Assembly: GCA_001002415.1 (NCBI GenBank)
Contig: LCMB01000003.1
Location: forward strand, 12,489-76,488
Direction: 5' to 3'
Length of the DNA stretch: 64,000 nt
DNA from: Microgenomates group bacterium GW2011_GWF2_46_18
Lineage (GTDB): Bacteria > Patescibacteriota > Microgenomatia > UBA1400 > UBA12108
The notes below the pieces were generated by a model. The model was not told the origin of the DNA. It was given only the letters and a program-made list of their open reading frames with translations, and did no database searches. The position numbers and the translations under genes are program-made. Below, piece by piece: positions 46,097 through 56,300 of this stretch. Position 1 is the stretch's first letter; each line of letters begins with the position of its first letter.

Positions 46097-48289
46097 CTAC
46101 TCATACCTTAAAGCATCCAGGGCCGAAATCTTGGTTGCGCGTCTGGCTGGGTAAATCCCCGTTACCACCCCCACCGCAAAAGATAATATCAAGACGAACA
46201 CGACGAATAACGGGGGAATATAACTAATATCTATCCACCCCACTCCCTTTACAATCGCAAAGGTTGAAAGTACTATCCCCAACAACTTCCCTGCCAAAAA
46301 TCCTGTCAGTACCCCAAATACTCCTCCCAAGAGTCCCATCGCCATCGCTTCTGCCAAAAACAACTCTTTAACCTCCGAGCTCTGCATTCCCATCGCTTTC
46401 ATAATCCCCACCTCCCGTGTCCGCTCCATCAGTGACACCGTTAACGTATTAAACATCCCCAGCGATGCCACCGCCAAAGCCACCAAGCCAAAAGTCGCTA
46501 ACACCGCTCTGGCAGTTCCAAATAACCGATCAATCTGTGCCACCGTGTCAGCCACCGAGGCCGTTTTGTACCCCAAGTTATCAATTTGCTGACGAATCTT
46601 TTCCAGATCACTCTTATCCTTAGCCACCAACTTAACTTGGGAATAATTAGTTGTCCCCAAACCCACAATATCCCCTAATGGTACGTACACCAAGGGTGTA
46701 CTCCCCTCTTCAATTACCGCCGAAACTGTATACACTGTCGGTTTTGATTCCGCCGTCCGATCCAAATCTGGTTTCAGTGTATTGAGAATCACAAATCCAA
46801 TCTCAAAAGTCGATCCAACCGCCTTATTCACATCTATTCCCAACAATTCAATAAAGGCTCGATTTACTACCGCCTGTCTCTGCATCGACTCTGGTGTTTC
46901 AATCATTAGTACCGCGGCTGCCTGAGCACTCTCTGAGGCGCTCTCTCCAATTGACACCCACTCTACTCCATTCTCATCCGTCCCAACCACCATCGCCGAA
47001 ATAGAAGCCGCCGGATTCACGCTCGTCACAATCTCCGCACTCCCACTGGCCTCCCCCAAAACCGTTCCATAATCAGTATCATCATCCCACTCGATGTAAC
47101 TACTCGCATCTTCGTCCACCATCACCCCAACTTCGGCAATGTATCCTTCTCTCCATTCCTGGATCCGTTCGCTATCATAAACAACCTCGTAATTAAATCC
47201 TTTCTTCTGCCACAACGGGTATGGAGCCTTAATCCATCTCCCCAATACTACTCCCTGAACACTGCGTCCTTCCCCACCCCGCTCGTCTTCCTGGTAACTC
47301 TCGCCCCAATACTCCACTCCTTCATATCCCCCTTCCACCCTCTTTACGTAACCCAAAATCTCCGCACCTTTCCGAGGTTCAGCTAATACCTTGAGATAAA
47401 TCTCTGGTTCTACGTTAAATTCGACATTGCGGATTCGACTTCCAAAACTAGCCTCTTGAAAATTCCATTCGGTACTGACTCCCGCCACTCTCACATCGGG
47501 CAATAACCCCGCTTCTTCTCTGGTGGTAAACCAATCTCCCTTAATTTTGTTCAATCCCGCCACCTCCAAATACTCTCCACTCACTCCATAAACCACACTC
47601 TCGCTATTTCCCCCTTCAAAAAATACCTTCCCGACCAGTGACACTATCGGCATCACCTTTTCCACCCCGCCGATATTTTGCATGGTTTGAATAGCCTCCC
47701 CGTCCAATCGAATATTCGAGGCCTGACCGATCGTGACATCGGCCATTTTTAATTCTTCCAGCCGCGCCACCCGCGAAACTACTAGTCGTTGTAACCCATA
47801 CCCCACCGAAACCAAAAACACAATCGCCGCAATCCCCACCCCCATCCCTCCCACTGTCACAAATGATCGAGTTCTTTTAGCTCGCATATTTCGGAAAGCC
47901 AAAGCGATGAGAAAGCTTCGCCGCACCCCTCCCCTGTGTCCTTCTAACTTAGCAATTACTCTCTCTCCCCAATTCCCCAGTTTAGTTTGCCAAAATCGAT
48001 CCGTTGAACTGACAATTTTCCCCAATATCTTGATCTGCCCAATCATTTTCCATAATAGCTCAAGCAAAAATACCAATAACAAGCCAAAGAAACTTAACAG
48101 TGACAAAATTGTTTTACCCTCTTCTTGTAGCTTAATTACCGTTTCTTTGGAGAAAAAATGTCTCCAATTCCGCAGTCTTTCCTTCCATGACCTTTTAGGA
48201 ACTTTTACCCCAGCCGTTCGCTCCTCAGCTTTGGCTTCATGTTGATGGTTTTGCAGTAAATCAGCTAACATTATTTTCTCCTCTTCCAA
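46097..48289 (-). CDS. ABC transporter permease, FtsX/MacB family with large extracytoplasmic domain
   Basis: N-terminal TM, a ~450-aa extracytoplasmic domain, and a C-terminal 3-TM FtsX module ending GIYPARRATKISALDALRYE. Confidence 0.75.
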   Translation of the reverse strand: MEEEKIMLADLLQNHQHEAKAEERTAGVKVPKRSWKERLRNWRHFFSKETVIKLQEEGKTILSLLSFFGLLLVFLLELLWKMIGQIKILGKIVSSTDRFWQTKLGNWGERVIAKLEGHRGGVRRSFLIALAFRNMRAKRTRSFVTVGGMGVGIAAIVFLVSVGYGLQRLVVSRVARLEELKMADVTIGQASNIRLDGEAIQTMQNIGGVEKVMPIVSLVGKVFFEGGNSESVVYGVSGEYLEVAGLNKIKGDWFTTREEAGLLPDVRVAGVSTEWNFQEASFGSRIRNVEFNVEPEIYLKVLAEPRKGAEILGYVKRVEGGYEGVEYWGESYQEDERGGEGRSVQGVVLGRWIKAPYPLWQKKGFNYEVVYDSERIQEWREGYIAEVGVMVDEDASSYIEWDDDTDYGTVLGEASGSAEIVTSVNPAASISAMVVGTDENGVEWVSIGESASESAQAAAVLMIETPESMQRQAVVNRAFIELLGIDVNKAVGSTFEIGFVILNTLKPDLDRTAESKPTVYTVSAVIEEGSTPLVYVPLGDIVGLGTTNYSQVKLVAKDKSDLEKIRQQIDNLGYKTASVADTVAQIDRLFGTARAVLATFGLVALAVASLGMFNTLTVSLMERTREVGIMKAMGMQSSEVKELFLAEAMAMGLLGGVFGVLTGFLAGKLLGIVLSTFAIVKGVGWIDISYIPPLFVVFVLILSFAVGVVTGIYPARRATKISALDALRYE

Positions 48290-49094
48290 TATGTGTACTC
48301 TTGGTATCTCCGGCTACTTCCAACTCTTGGATATGTCTGGCTCCCCGCTTCCCTGCCATTTCCTTAAAGAGTTTACTCACTTCGGCCTGATTATATTCAT
48401 TCTCAATTTTTCCATCTACCACTCGAATCATCCTGGTCGCATACTTCAAGTATTCCAAGTCATGAGTCACCATCACGATAGTTCTCCCATCCTGCTTATT
48501 CAAATTAGACAATAGCTGCATTAACTCTTCTCCTGACTGGGTATCCAGATTTCCGGTTGGTTCATCCGCCACCAAAATAACCGGGTCATTAATTAAGGCT
48601 CTCGCCAAAGACACTCTCTGTTGCTGTCCACTCGATAACTCCGTCGGTGAATAATTTTGCCAATCTTCCATCCCCACGATTTTTAACATCTCTAGCGATT
48701 TTCCAAATGCCTCCGACGGCATCTGACCCAACAAAAACAAAGGGAAGGCCACATTTTCTAGTACCGTTAACGACTTGATCCAATATGGCTGTTGATACAC
48801 CATCCCTACTCGGGTTTTCCGAAACTCCGCCGCCTCATCCTGACTCATCTGCGCAAAATCTTTCTCTAGTAACATCACTTTCCCCGCGGTCGGCTTTTCC
48901 AGTCCTAGCAGGGTGTGTAATAAAGTACTCTTTCCTGATCCCGATGGTCCAAAAATGACAAAGAAATCCCCCCCGTGAATCTGGGTAGATACATCCTTTA
49001 ACACCTGAACTTCCTGTGTTCCCACCTGATAATTCTTATTCACATGCTCTACACTCATGACTGGAGAATTTTTACTTACCGTTATATTACTCAT
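48261..49094 (-). CDS. ABC transporter ATP-binding protein (MacB/LolD-like)
   Basis: Walker A GPSGSGKST, signature LSGGQQQRVSLARAL, Walker B ILVADEPTGNLD. Confidence 0.8.
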   Translation of the reverse strand: MSNITVSKNSPVMSVEHVNKNYQVGTQEVQVLKDVSTQIHGGDFFVIFGPSGSGKSTLLHTLLGLEKPTAGKVMLLEKDFAQMSQDEAAEFRKTRVGMVYQQPYWIKSLTVLENVAFPLFLLGQMPSEAFGKSLEMLKIVGMEDWQNYSPTELSSGQQQRVSLARALINDPVILVADEPTGNLDTQSGEELMQLLSNLNKQDGRTIVMVTHDLEYLKYATRMIRVVDGKIENEYNQAEVSKLFKEMAGKRGARHIQELEVAGDTKSTHIGRGENNVS

Positions 49095-49112
49095 ATCTTT
49101 ACTACCAGTTTA

Positions 49113-52100
49113 CTAGTTACTCCCGTAATTGCCAAGGAATCCAAAGGCTTTCGAGAGATTAATAATTACCAAGTTAAGCGCACTCTGGGTTGCTTTAGGG
49201 GTAATCACTACCCGGTCCACCGATTGAGATTCATTATCCGCATCATCAAAAGAAATTGCCTTAACATGATAAACTCTCGAAGGTTGAAGATTGGGGACGA
49301 CTACTACATGATTATATGTTAAATCAGTATCATGCTGAGTTTTATTCACCAAATTCCCACTTGATCCTTCCCCATACGCTACCTGAGAAGTTGAGAGTTC
49401 ATCCGTATCCCACGCCACAACTAATTGTGCCGTAGTTTCTTCTCCCGCCCCTTGTATCACTGTCTCTACTTTCAAATTGGCCAATACCGGTGGTCGAGTA
49501 TCAGTCGCCGTGGTAAATGTTTGCGGATTACTCAAAGCCTCGTTGCCAATCTTATCTCTTCCTTTAACAATCAGAGTATACGCCGTATTAGGCAATAGTC
49601 CCTCAATCAACATTGTATGGGCTTTCACTAATTTAATCTCAATCTTATCTTGCGCCGCCGAAGCATTGGCTGATGGATAATAAGTCACAATACTCGAAAT
49701 TTCTGTGTTACTAGTCCAAGTAACCAAAACTGTCGAACTAGAGGATCCCCTCACCTGTTGTAACCTTACCGTCGCAATTTTTGGCCGAGGTAAAGTAGTA
49801 AAATCCAAAATCGTCCCCTCATATTCTGCCGTTTCTTCGTCAAACACATTAATTCTGTAGTAATACTTAGTCCCGTCAGTCAAACCAGATAATATCGTAG
49901 AATATGTCGTTTCACTGGTAGAAGTAGTCAAGGTCGTAGAACCACCAAAACTATTTGTTGTCCCGTAATATATTTTTACTTGACTAGCTCCAGTCACTGT
50001 ATAATTAATTACCGCTGAATCCAATCCAATACTAGTTACGTTCACGTTTTGTGCTACCGGTGCAGCATCTGTCGTAAAACTATACTCACTACTAGTTCCC
50101 GTATTGCCATCTTCATCCGTCCACTTAGCTTTATAATAATAAGTCGTCCCTGGAGATAATCCCGTTAGTTGAATTGAGTGCGCCGCCACTTGACTTGAAT
50201 TACTCGGTTCCACACTCCCATAGCTCCCACTGCCTGTCCCATACTGAATTTTTGAATCAGATGTTCGATCAGTCGACCAGGTTATCGTCGCTTTCTTGGT
50301 TGTAATCGATGACACTGCCGGATTAACACTCAATCCTGGCGCACTGGTCCACTTACCGGTCGGAGTTATTGAAACCGCATTTGTCCCGGAAGAAATCGCT
50401 TCAGCTCCATCCTGAGAATATACTTTGTAGTAATAAAGAACGGAAGCCGGAGTATTGTCCACATAGGAAAGACCGGAAGTACTACCTACCCGAGAAAAAC
50501 TAGACCCATCGACAGAACGATAAATCAGATAAGTTAAATTACCCGCTCCCTGGTAACTCGGAGCTGTCCAGGTCAAGGTCACATTCCATTGAGATGAAGA
50601 TTTAATACTAGAATCTGAAGCAACTAAATTACCCACATTGTCCGGATCGGTTGAATTTAAAGTAAAGCTACCGGAAATATAGTTGCTGGGAGAGTAATTT
50701 GGGGTTTCGGCATCATCTATTGCCACCACATAAACCGTGTTCACCCCTTTATTAACATTGGGTAAAGCAGCAGCGACTAAAGTAATTTCAGTACCATTAT
50801 CCCAATAGGTACTGGCATTACCTTGCAGTGTCGCCAAAGATGAAGGCGGACTGGTATTAATCATGTAATAGTAACTAGTCACATTTTGACCATCGGTCGG
50901 TGTTGCCTCCGACCATGAAAGAGAAAACTCATTGGTATCTGAAGTAGTAGGATCAATTGTTACCACACCATCTCCAGGAAAACTCGGAGCCTCCCCACCG
51001 TAAGTCAAATTACCGGTCCGGTAAGTTGCCGCCGAAGAGGGATTGCCGGCATTGTCGACCGTCCGGAAATAAACCACATTATTGCCAGTTATTACATTAG
51101 CTTCATCACGAGCAGCAATAAATGTATATGCAGAGGCAGTAGCCGGGATATAGTCCAAATCAAATTCCGCATTATAAGTCGTTCCCTGCCAAGAACCGGC
51201 ACTCGAATTAAGCTGATATTGCCAACCCAAAACTCCCGATTCGGAATCGGAACTGGCACTGCCACCACTAGTCGGCCAAGAAAAATTCATATCCACTACA
51301 TTAGAAAAATTAGTTGAAGGCATAGTCAGATAAGCTACATTAGTAGGGACAGTACTATCGTACTTAAAGCTCACCAAATCCTGCCAAGGACCAGCGATAT
51401 CATTGGCCACATTCCCAGCCGCATCCACCGCCTTAATCGAAAACCAATACTGTTTGTTAGTCGGTAAAGTTAAACCAGAAATCGAACTCAAATCCACGCT
51501 TGTTCCGGCAACAATATAAGGACAAGTTGAGTTATTGGTAATTCCATCATCCAAACCGTTCATCTCTCCTGCATCAGTCTCCGGATTAAGACTAGCTGAC
51601 GGAGTTGCATCTACCGTTTGCTCATCCAAAGAGATACAGTAACCAGCAACAGCCGTATCATCAGTCCCAGCTGTCCAAGTGATGGTAGGTTCAGTACTCG
51701 TCCAATTCCCACTGGTTAACCCAGTAATTGCCACATTAGCTGCATTCACGCTAGGTCTCAATTGATCTGAAGCTGTAAAAGGAACAGAAATATCATAAAG
51801 CTCCGGAGATAATGCTCCCTGGACAGTCAAAGTTGCCTGGTATTGAAGATATTGATCCTGGTCAGTAACACAATCAGTTTCTGTCAGATCTGTCCCAGAA
51901 GCAATCCCACTACAAGACCCCCAATCCGTAGCCCCAGACATATCCGGACTGCTATCAGTTCTAACTTTAATCGTTACTCCGGACCCTGAAGCCGTGTAAC
52001 TCAACTCCCCCCAGTCAGCCGCAAATCCGGCATCCAAAATATTCGAAATCAAAATACCAGAATCAGGATACTGACTTACCTCATCAGCGATTGTATTAAA

Positions 52101-53360
52101 AGCATTCGTTTCAGATTTGTAAGAAGCTGCAATCCAAGCGGCTGAACGTCCAATATCTGAAACTCTAATTTCATCGAGAACTCCATTAACATAATAGCTA
52201 GGTGCAAGTTTACCAATTGTAGTTGCACTCCCGGTAGAAAGCGCCCCTGATACTGATTGAGAGCTTGTTTGAACCCCATCAATATAGGCCTTTAGTGTTT
52301 CTCCGTTATACACCAAGCCTAATTGATGAAATTGCCCATCTCCCAGCCCACTTCCACTATTAAATACTTGTCTCCCCATCGTTGCTGTCGTGACTCCTGC
52401 TCTAATTTGTCCTGTGCTCTCAATCGCATCCAACTCAATCTGGGTACCTTGCATATAAATCGTATGATATCCACTCCCTGCCACTCCTAATCTCTTAAAC
52501 CAGGTAGTAACTGTCACTTGTGAGGCTGGGCTAATCGCAGTAATCGTAATGTTATCGCCGGCACCATTAAAGTGATCTGCTCCATCAATCTGACCAATGT
52601 CTGCCCCTTGCTCGGTCACCGTTACACTATTTGAATCAAAATTATTTGCAGTCGAATCATAGTGAACGCCACTGCTCTCATTAAAATGTTGGACCATCTT
52701 ATAACCACTATTCCAAACACTACTTTCTGTTTGTCCATCACTCGCTCCGGTATTACCGTAATATATATATACATAATCAGTGTTAGAATTTTGATCAATT
52801 TGGGGAACTTTAACCCACACGTATGAAGACCCGGTTTCATCCCACTTCTCGATTTCATAAGCCAAAACCGTCCCATCAGAATCAGTGAATCTCAAATCCT
52901 GACCCAAGTCTTGAGTCTTGGTGTAATCAATATTTGTCCCTGTGTCCAGCTTCACCAATACCGGGAAATCAGTTAGATTTTCACTAGTTACTCCCAAAGT
53001 AGCGTCAGTATTATCAAAGGTAATCTTCCTTCGATATGCCCAATTATGATAATCACTACTCCAACCATCCGTCTGATCAAGGACAATCAAACCAGCGCTG
53101 GCTGTGGCTTCAACTCCATCCAAACTCGTCCAGGTATTTACTGTCTCAGAAACTAACGTGGAACTATCCCCTCCACTCCAGTCCGTTTGGACCCATGGCG
53201 TACTTGTCGCTCTAATTCGTGGAATTACCACATCATTCACCAAGAAAAATAGTCCAATCGCCATTCCAGCCGTCAACGCACTAATAACCGCCATCTGTAA
53301 CCACACAAACGAAAACCTTGGTTTCAAATATCGATTTATCAACTTTTCTTTGATCGTCAT
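49113..53360 (-). CDS. Giant surface protein (1415 aa) with LamG/concanavalin-like and multiple fibronectin-III-like domains
   Basis: N-terminal TM/signal anchor. Ser/Thr/Gly/Asn-rich beta-sandwich repeats. Its C-terminal ~640 aa is paralogous to the C-terminus of the adjacent 2355-aa protein and ends ...LNLVIINLSKAFGFLG.... Confidence 0.7.
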   Translation of the reverse strand: MTIKEKLINRYLKPRFSFVWLQMAVISALTAGMAIGLFFLVNDVVIPRIRATSTPWVQTDWSGGDSSTLVSETVNTWTSLDGVEATASAGLIVLDQTDGWSSDYHNWAYRRKITFDNTDATLGVTSENLTDFPVLVKLDTGTNIDYTKTQDLGQDLRFTDSDGTVLAYEIEKWDETGSSYVWVKVPQIDQNSNTDYVYIYYGNTGASDGQTESSVWNSGYKMVQHFNESSGVHYDSTANNFDSNSVTVTEQGADIGQIDGADHFNGAGDNITITAISPASQVTVTTWFKRLGVAGSGYHTIYMQGTQIELDAIESTGQIRAGVTTATMGRQVFNSGSGLGDGQFHQLGLVYNGETLKAYIDGVQTSSQSVSGALSTGSATTIGKLAPSYYVNGVLDEIRVSDIGRSAAWIAASYKSETNAFNTIADEVSQYPDSGILISNILDAGFAADWGELSYTASGSGVTIKVRTDSSPDMSGATDWGSCSGIASGTDLTETDCVTDQDQYLQYQATLTVQGALSPELYDISVPFTASDQLRPSVNAANVAITGLTSGNWTSTEPTITWTAGTDDTAVAGYCISLDEQTVDATPSASLNPETDAGEMNGLDDGITNNSTCPYIVAGTSVDLSSISGLTLPTNKQYWFSIKAVDAAGNVANDIAGPWQDLVSFKYDSTVPTNVAYLTMPSTNFSNVVDMNFSWPTSGGSASSDSESGVLGWQYQLNSSAGSWQGTTYNAEFDLDYIPATASAYTFIAARDEANVITGNNVVYFRTVDNAGNPSSAATYRTGNLTYGGEAPSFPGDGVVTIDPTTSDTNEFSLSWSEATPTDGQNVTSYYYMINTSPPSSLATLQGNASTYWDNGTEITLVAAALPNVNKGVNTVYVVAIDDAETPNYSPSNYISGSFTLNSTDPDNVGNLVASDSSIKSSSQWNVTLTWTAPSYQGAGNLTYLIYRSVDGSSFSRVGSTSGLSYVDNTPASVLYYYKVYSQDGAEAISSGTNAVSITPTGKWTSAPGLSVNPAVSSITTKKATITWSTDRTSDSKIQYGTGSGSYGSVEPSNSSQVAAHSIQLTGLSPGTTYYYKAKWTDEDGNTGTSSEYSFTTDAAPVAQNVNVTSIGLDSAVINYTVTGASQVKIYYGTTNSFGGSTTLTTSTSETTYSTILSGLTDGTKYYYRINVFDEETAEYEGTILDFTTLPRPKIATVRLQQVRGSSSSTVLVTWTSNTEISSIVTYYPSANASAAQDKIEIKLVKAHTMLIEGLLPNTAYTLIVKGRDKIGNEALSNPQTFTTATDTRPPVLANLKVETVIQGAGEETTAQLVVAWDTDELSTSQVAYGEGSSGNLVNKTQHDTDLTYNHVVVVPNLQPSRVYHVKAISFDDADNESQSVDRVVITPKATQSALNLVIINLSKAFGFLGNYGSN

Positions 53361-53376
53361 ATGTTTATCTTGTTAA

Positions 53377-56300
53377 TTAATTCCCCGCTATTCCTCCCAA
53401 GAACCCGAAGGCTTGGGATAAGTTGGATACCACCAAATTTAAGGCACTCTTAGTTTCTTTCGGAGTAATTACGACTCGATCTACCGAGGTTGCTTCATTA
53501 CTTGCTTCATCCATCGACAAAGCCTTGAGGTGATATACCTTTGATGGCTGCAAATTAGATATCACCACCAAATGATTGAAAGTTCGATTACTGTCTTGCT
53601 GAGTTTTGCTCCCCAAACTCCCACCCGATCCTTCTCCATAAGCCACCTGAGAAGTCGAGAGTTCATCCGTATCCCAGGACACAACTAGTTGGGCCGTTGC
53701 CTCTTCCCCTACTCCCAGAATCACTGGCTCAACTTTCAAATTGGCAATCGACGGCGGTCGCGTATCCGACGCCGTACTAAATGTCTGTGCTGACGCTACC
53801 GCCTCATTCCCTACCTTATCGCGTCCTTTTACTACCATCGTATATGCAGTATTGGGCAGTAACCCAGAGATCAAAGCTCGGTGGGCTGTCACCAACTTCA
53901 CATCAATATTATCCTGCGCAGCAGATGGATTGGCCGAGGGGTAATAAGTAATTATCGAAGAAATTGGCGTATTAGTCACCCACGTGACCAAAATCGTTCC
54001 CGTTGCAGTCCCCTTAACTTGTTGCAGCTTCACCAAATCAATTCTTGGTCGCGGCAGAGTCTCAAAGGAATAGGTATCTCCCTCGTATTCATTATTCTCA
54101 CTGTCAAACAGACTAACCTTGTAATAATACTTGGTCCCATCCGCCAGTCCGGTCAACTGGACAGTATAGGTCGACTCAGCCGTCCCCACACCCATCTCAC
54201 TATAGCCTCCAAAAGCCGTGGTAGTACCGTAATACACTTTCGCTTTACTCGCGTCTTTACTCGTAAACTGGATATTCACTGTATCCAGTCCAATCGACAC
54301 CGCCTTCACTTCTTTAGCAGTTGGCGCCGGATCAGTCGCAAACGTATATTCTTCGCTCGATCCCAAATTCCCGTCCTCATCCGTCCACTTCGCCACAAAA
54401 TAATAGGTTGCCCCTGGGCTCAAATTGTTGAGCGTCAATGAATGTACTGTCACTTGATCAGAATTCCCCACCTCTTCATCAAAATAATCTCCGCTCGCCG
54501 TCCCGTACGCCACTTTCGAATCGGCCGTTCGTGACGTCGTCCAATCCACCTCAGCCTTCTTGGTGGTAATCTCACCAACCTCAGGCTCCCCGACCAAAGG
54601 CGCTGCCGTGGTATATTTTCCATCTGGATATAGCGATACTGCACTCGAAAATGCTCCGCAGTTATTGGCCGAATCACAGGCTCTTATCTTGTAGTAGTAG
54701 GTTATCTGGCTTAACCCTGTATCCACATATGAAATGCCCGAAGTTGATGCTCGTTGGGTGTAGGTAACGCCATCCGTCGACCGATAAACTTGATAACTCG
54801 CTACTCCCGCCCCGACCGACGAGGGTGACTCCCAAGTCAAGGCTAGCTTCCACGCCGAACTGGCCTTGACCGACACATCCGCAATATCAGCGTTTAGGGG
54901 TATGCCTGGCGCCGTCGTATTGGCCGTAAAGGTAACGCTTGCATAGTTGTCATAATCAACATTCCCCGCTTCATCCATGACTACCACATACAAAGTATTT
55001 TCTCCAGGAAGTGTCGCATATGCCGACGCTCCCAAACTATTCGAATAAGCTCTCGTAACTGACGACTCGGTTGGGAGTGCATTAACCGAGTAATAGTACT
55101 GCAAATTAACCAGTGAGCCATAATAAGCAACCGGTGCCTCCCACTCGAACTCAAACGAATTGACCGTATTTGTTTCCGGTGTCACCGTCAAACTGGTCGG
55201 AGCCGACGGAGCGCCATTATTGTAATAAAAAGATCCGGTCGTATAACTGCTATAGTTACCAGCCGTATCACGCGAACGCACATAAAAAGTATTCGTTCCG
55301 GTCTGGTATCCCGTAATCCCTGTCACACTCACTCCGCTCGTACACTGATCACTCGCCAAAGTCCCTGAAGCCGTTGCCGTTTTATAACAGTACTCAATCC
55401 CTCCACTGGCACTATCGGTCGCACTCTCCCAGCTAAAATCAAAATCATTGACCGCGGTATAACCCGAAGGATCTGCCGCCAAACCGGTTGGCACATTCGG
55501 AGCTTCATTATCATATTTATAAATAAATGGTTGCCATGCCGTCCCACTCACATTCCCCGCATCATCCTTGCTTTTAATCCGTAAATAGTAAGTACTCCCG
55601 GTAACTAGCGAGCTAGCTGTAAACGAGCTTGGAGTAATCAAAGTTCCCGCTGTTTCTGGATCAGCGTCGCTATCGGATCCGAAATATACATAATACCCAA
55701 CTATTGCACTTCCCGTCTCGGTATCACTGGCCCCGCCTGTTACTTCCGCATCCGGCCAGTCAAAATAAGGACTGGTATGGTTATACCAAGTATTAGTCAC
55801 CATACTGGCGCTAGCCGTTGCGGTCGTATACGCCGATAGTTCACTCGCGTTAGTCGGAGGGGTCGTATCCGAATAATACTTGATCGAATAATCCGCAATT
55901 ACTCCCGAGTAAATCCCATCCGAACTGGCAAGTTCAAACTGCACTTGTAAATACCGCTGTACCGTTGAGTTTATTTTGTACTCATAACTCGTTCCCACCG
56001 CTTTTTCTTCATTGGCAGAAACCCACGCATCCCACACCACTCCATCGGTACTGGTCCGTGTCGATACAGTTAAGGTATTATTGGTCGCAGACGAATACGT
56101 CAAGGTCAAGTTCGCCAATCGGTAAACCTCCCCCAGATCAATCGTTGCCGACTGGTATGACCCGGCTTCTTCAAACGAAGTGGTACTTGATTCCATCACG
56201 TAGGTATACAAACCATTGGCATAACTATTCGTTCCCGGTCCTGGTAACACATACATCTTTCCGCTCCCATCACTAGCCGCCGCCCCGCCGTAGTAAATTG

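Noticed and set aside
47733-48245. 170-aa plus-strand ORF inside the FtsX-type permease gene
   Set aside because: Antisense to a gene with a clear FtsX C-terminal module.
49477-54441. Small plus-strand ORFs inside the giant genes (49477..49680, 52076..52876 minus-frame ORFs, 53104..53376, 53741..53944, 53881..54441)
   Set aside because: All embedded in or antisense to the uninterrupted 4.2-kb and 7.1-kb ORFs.
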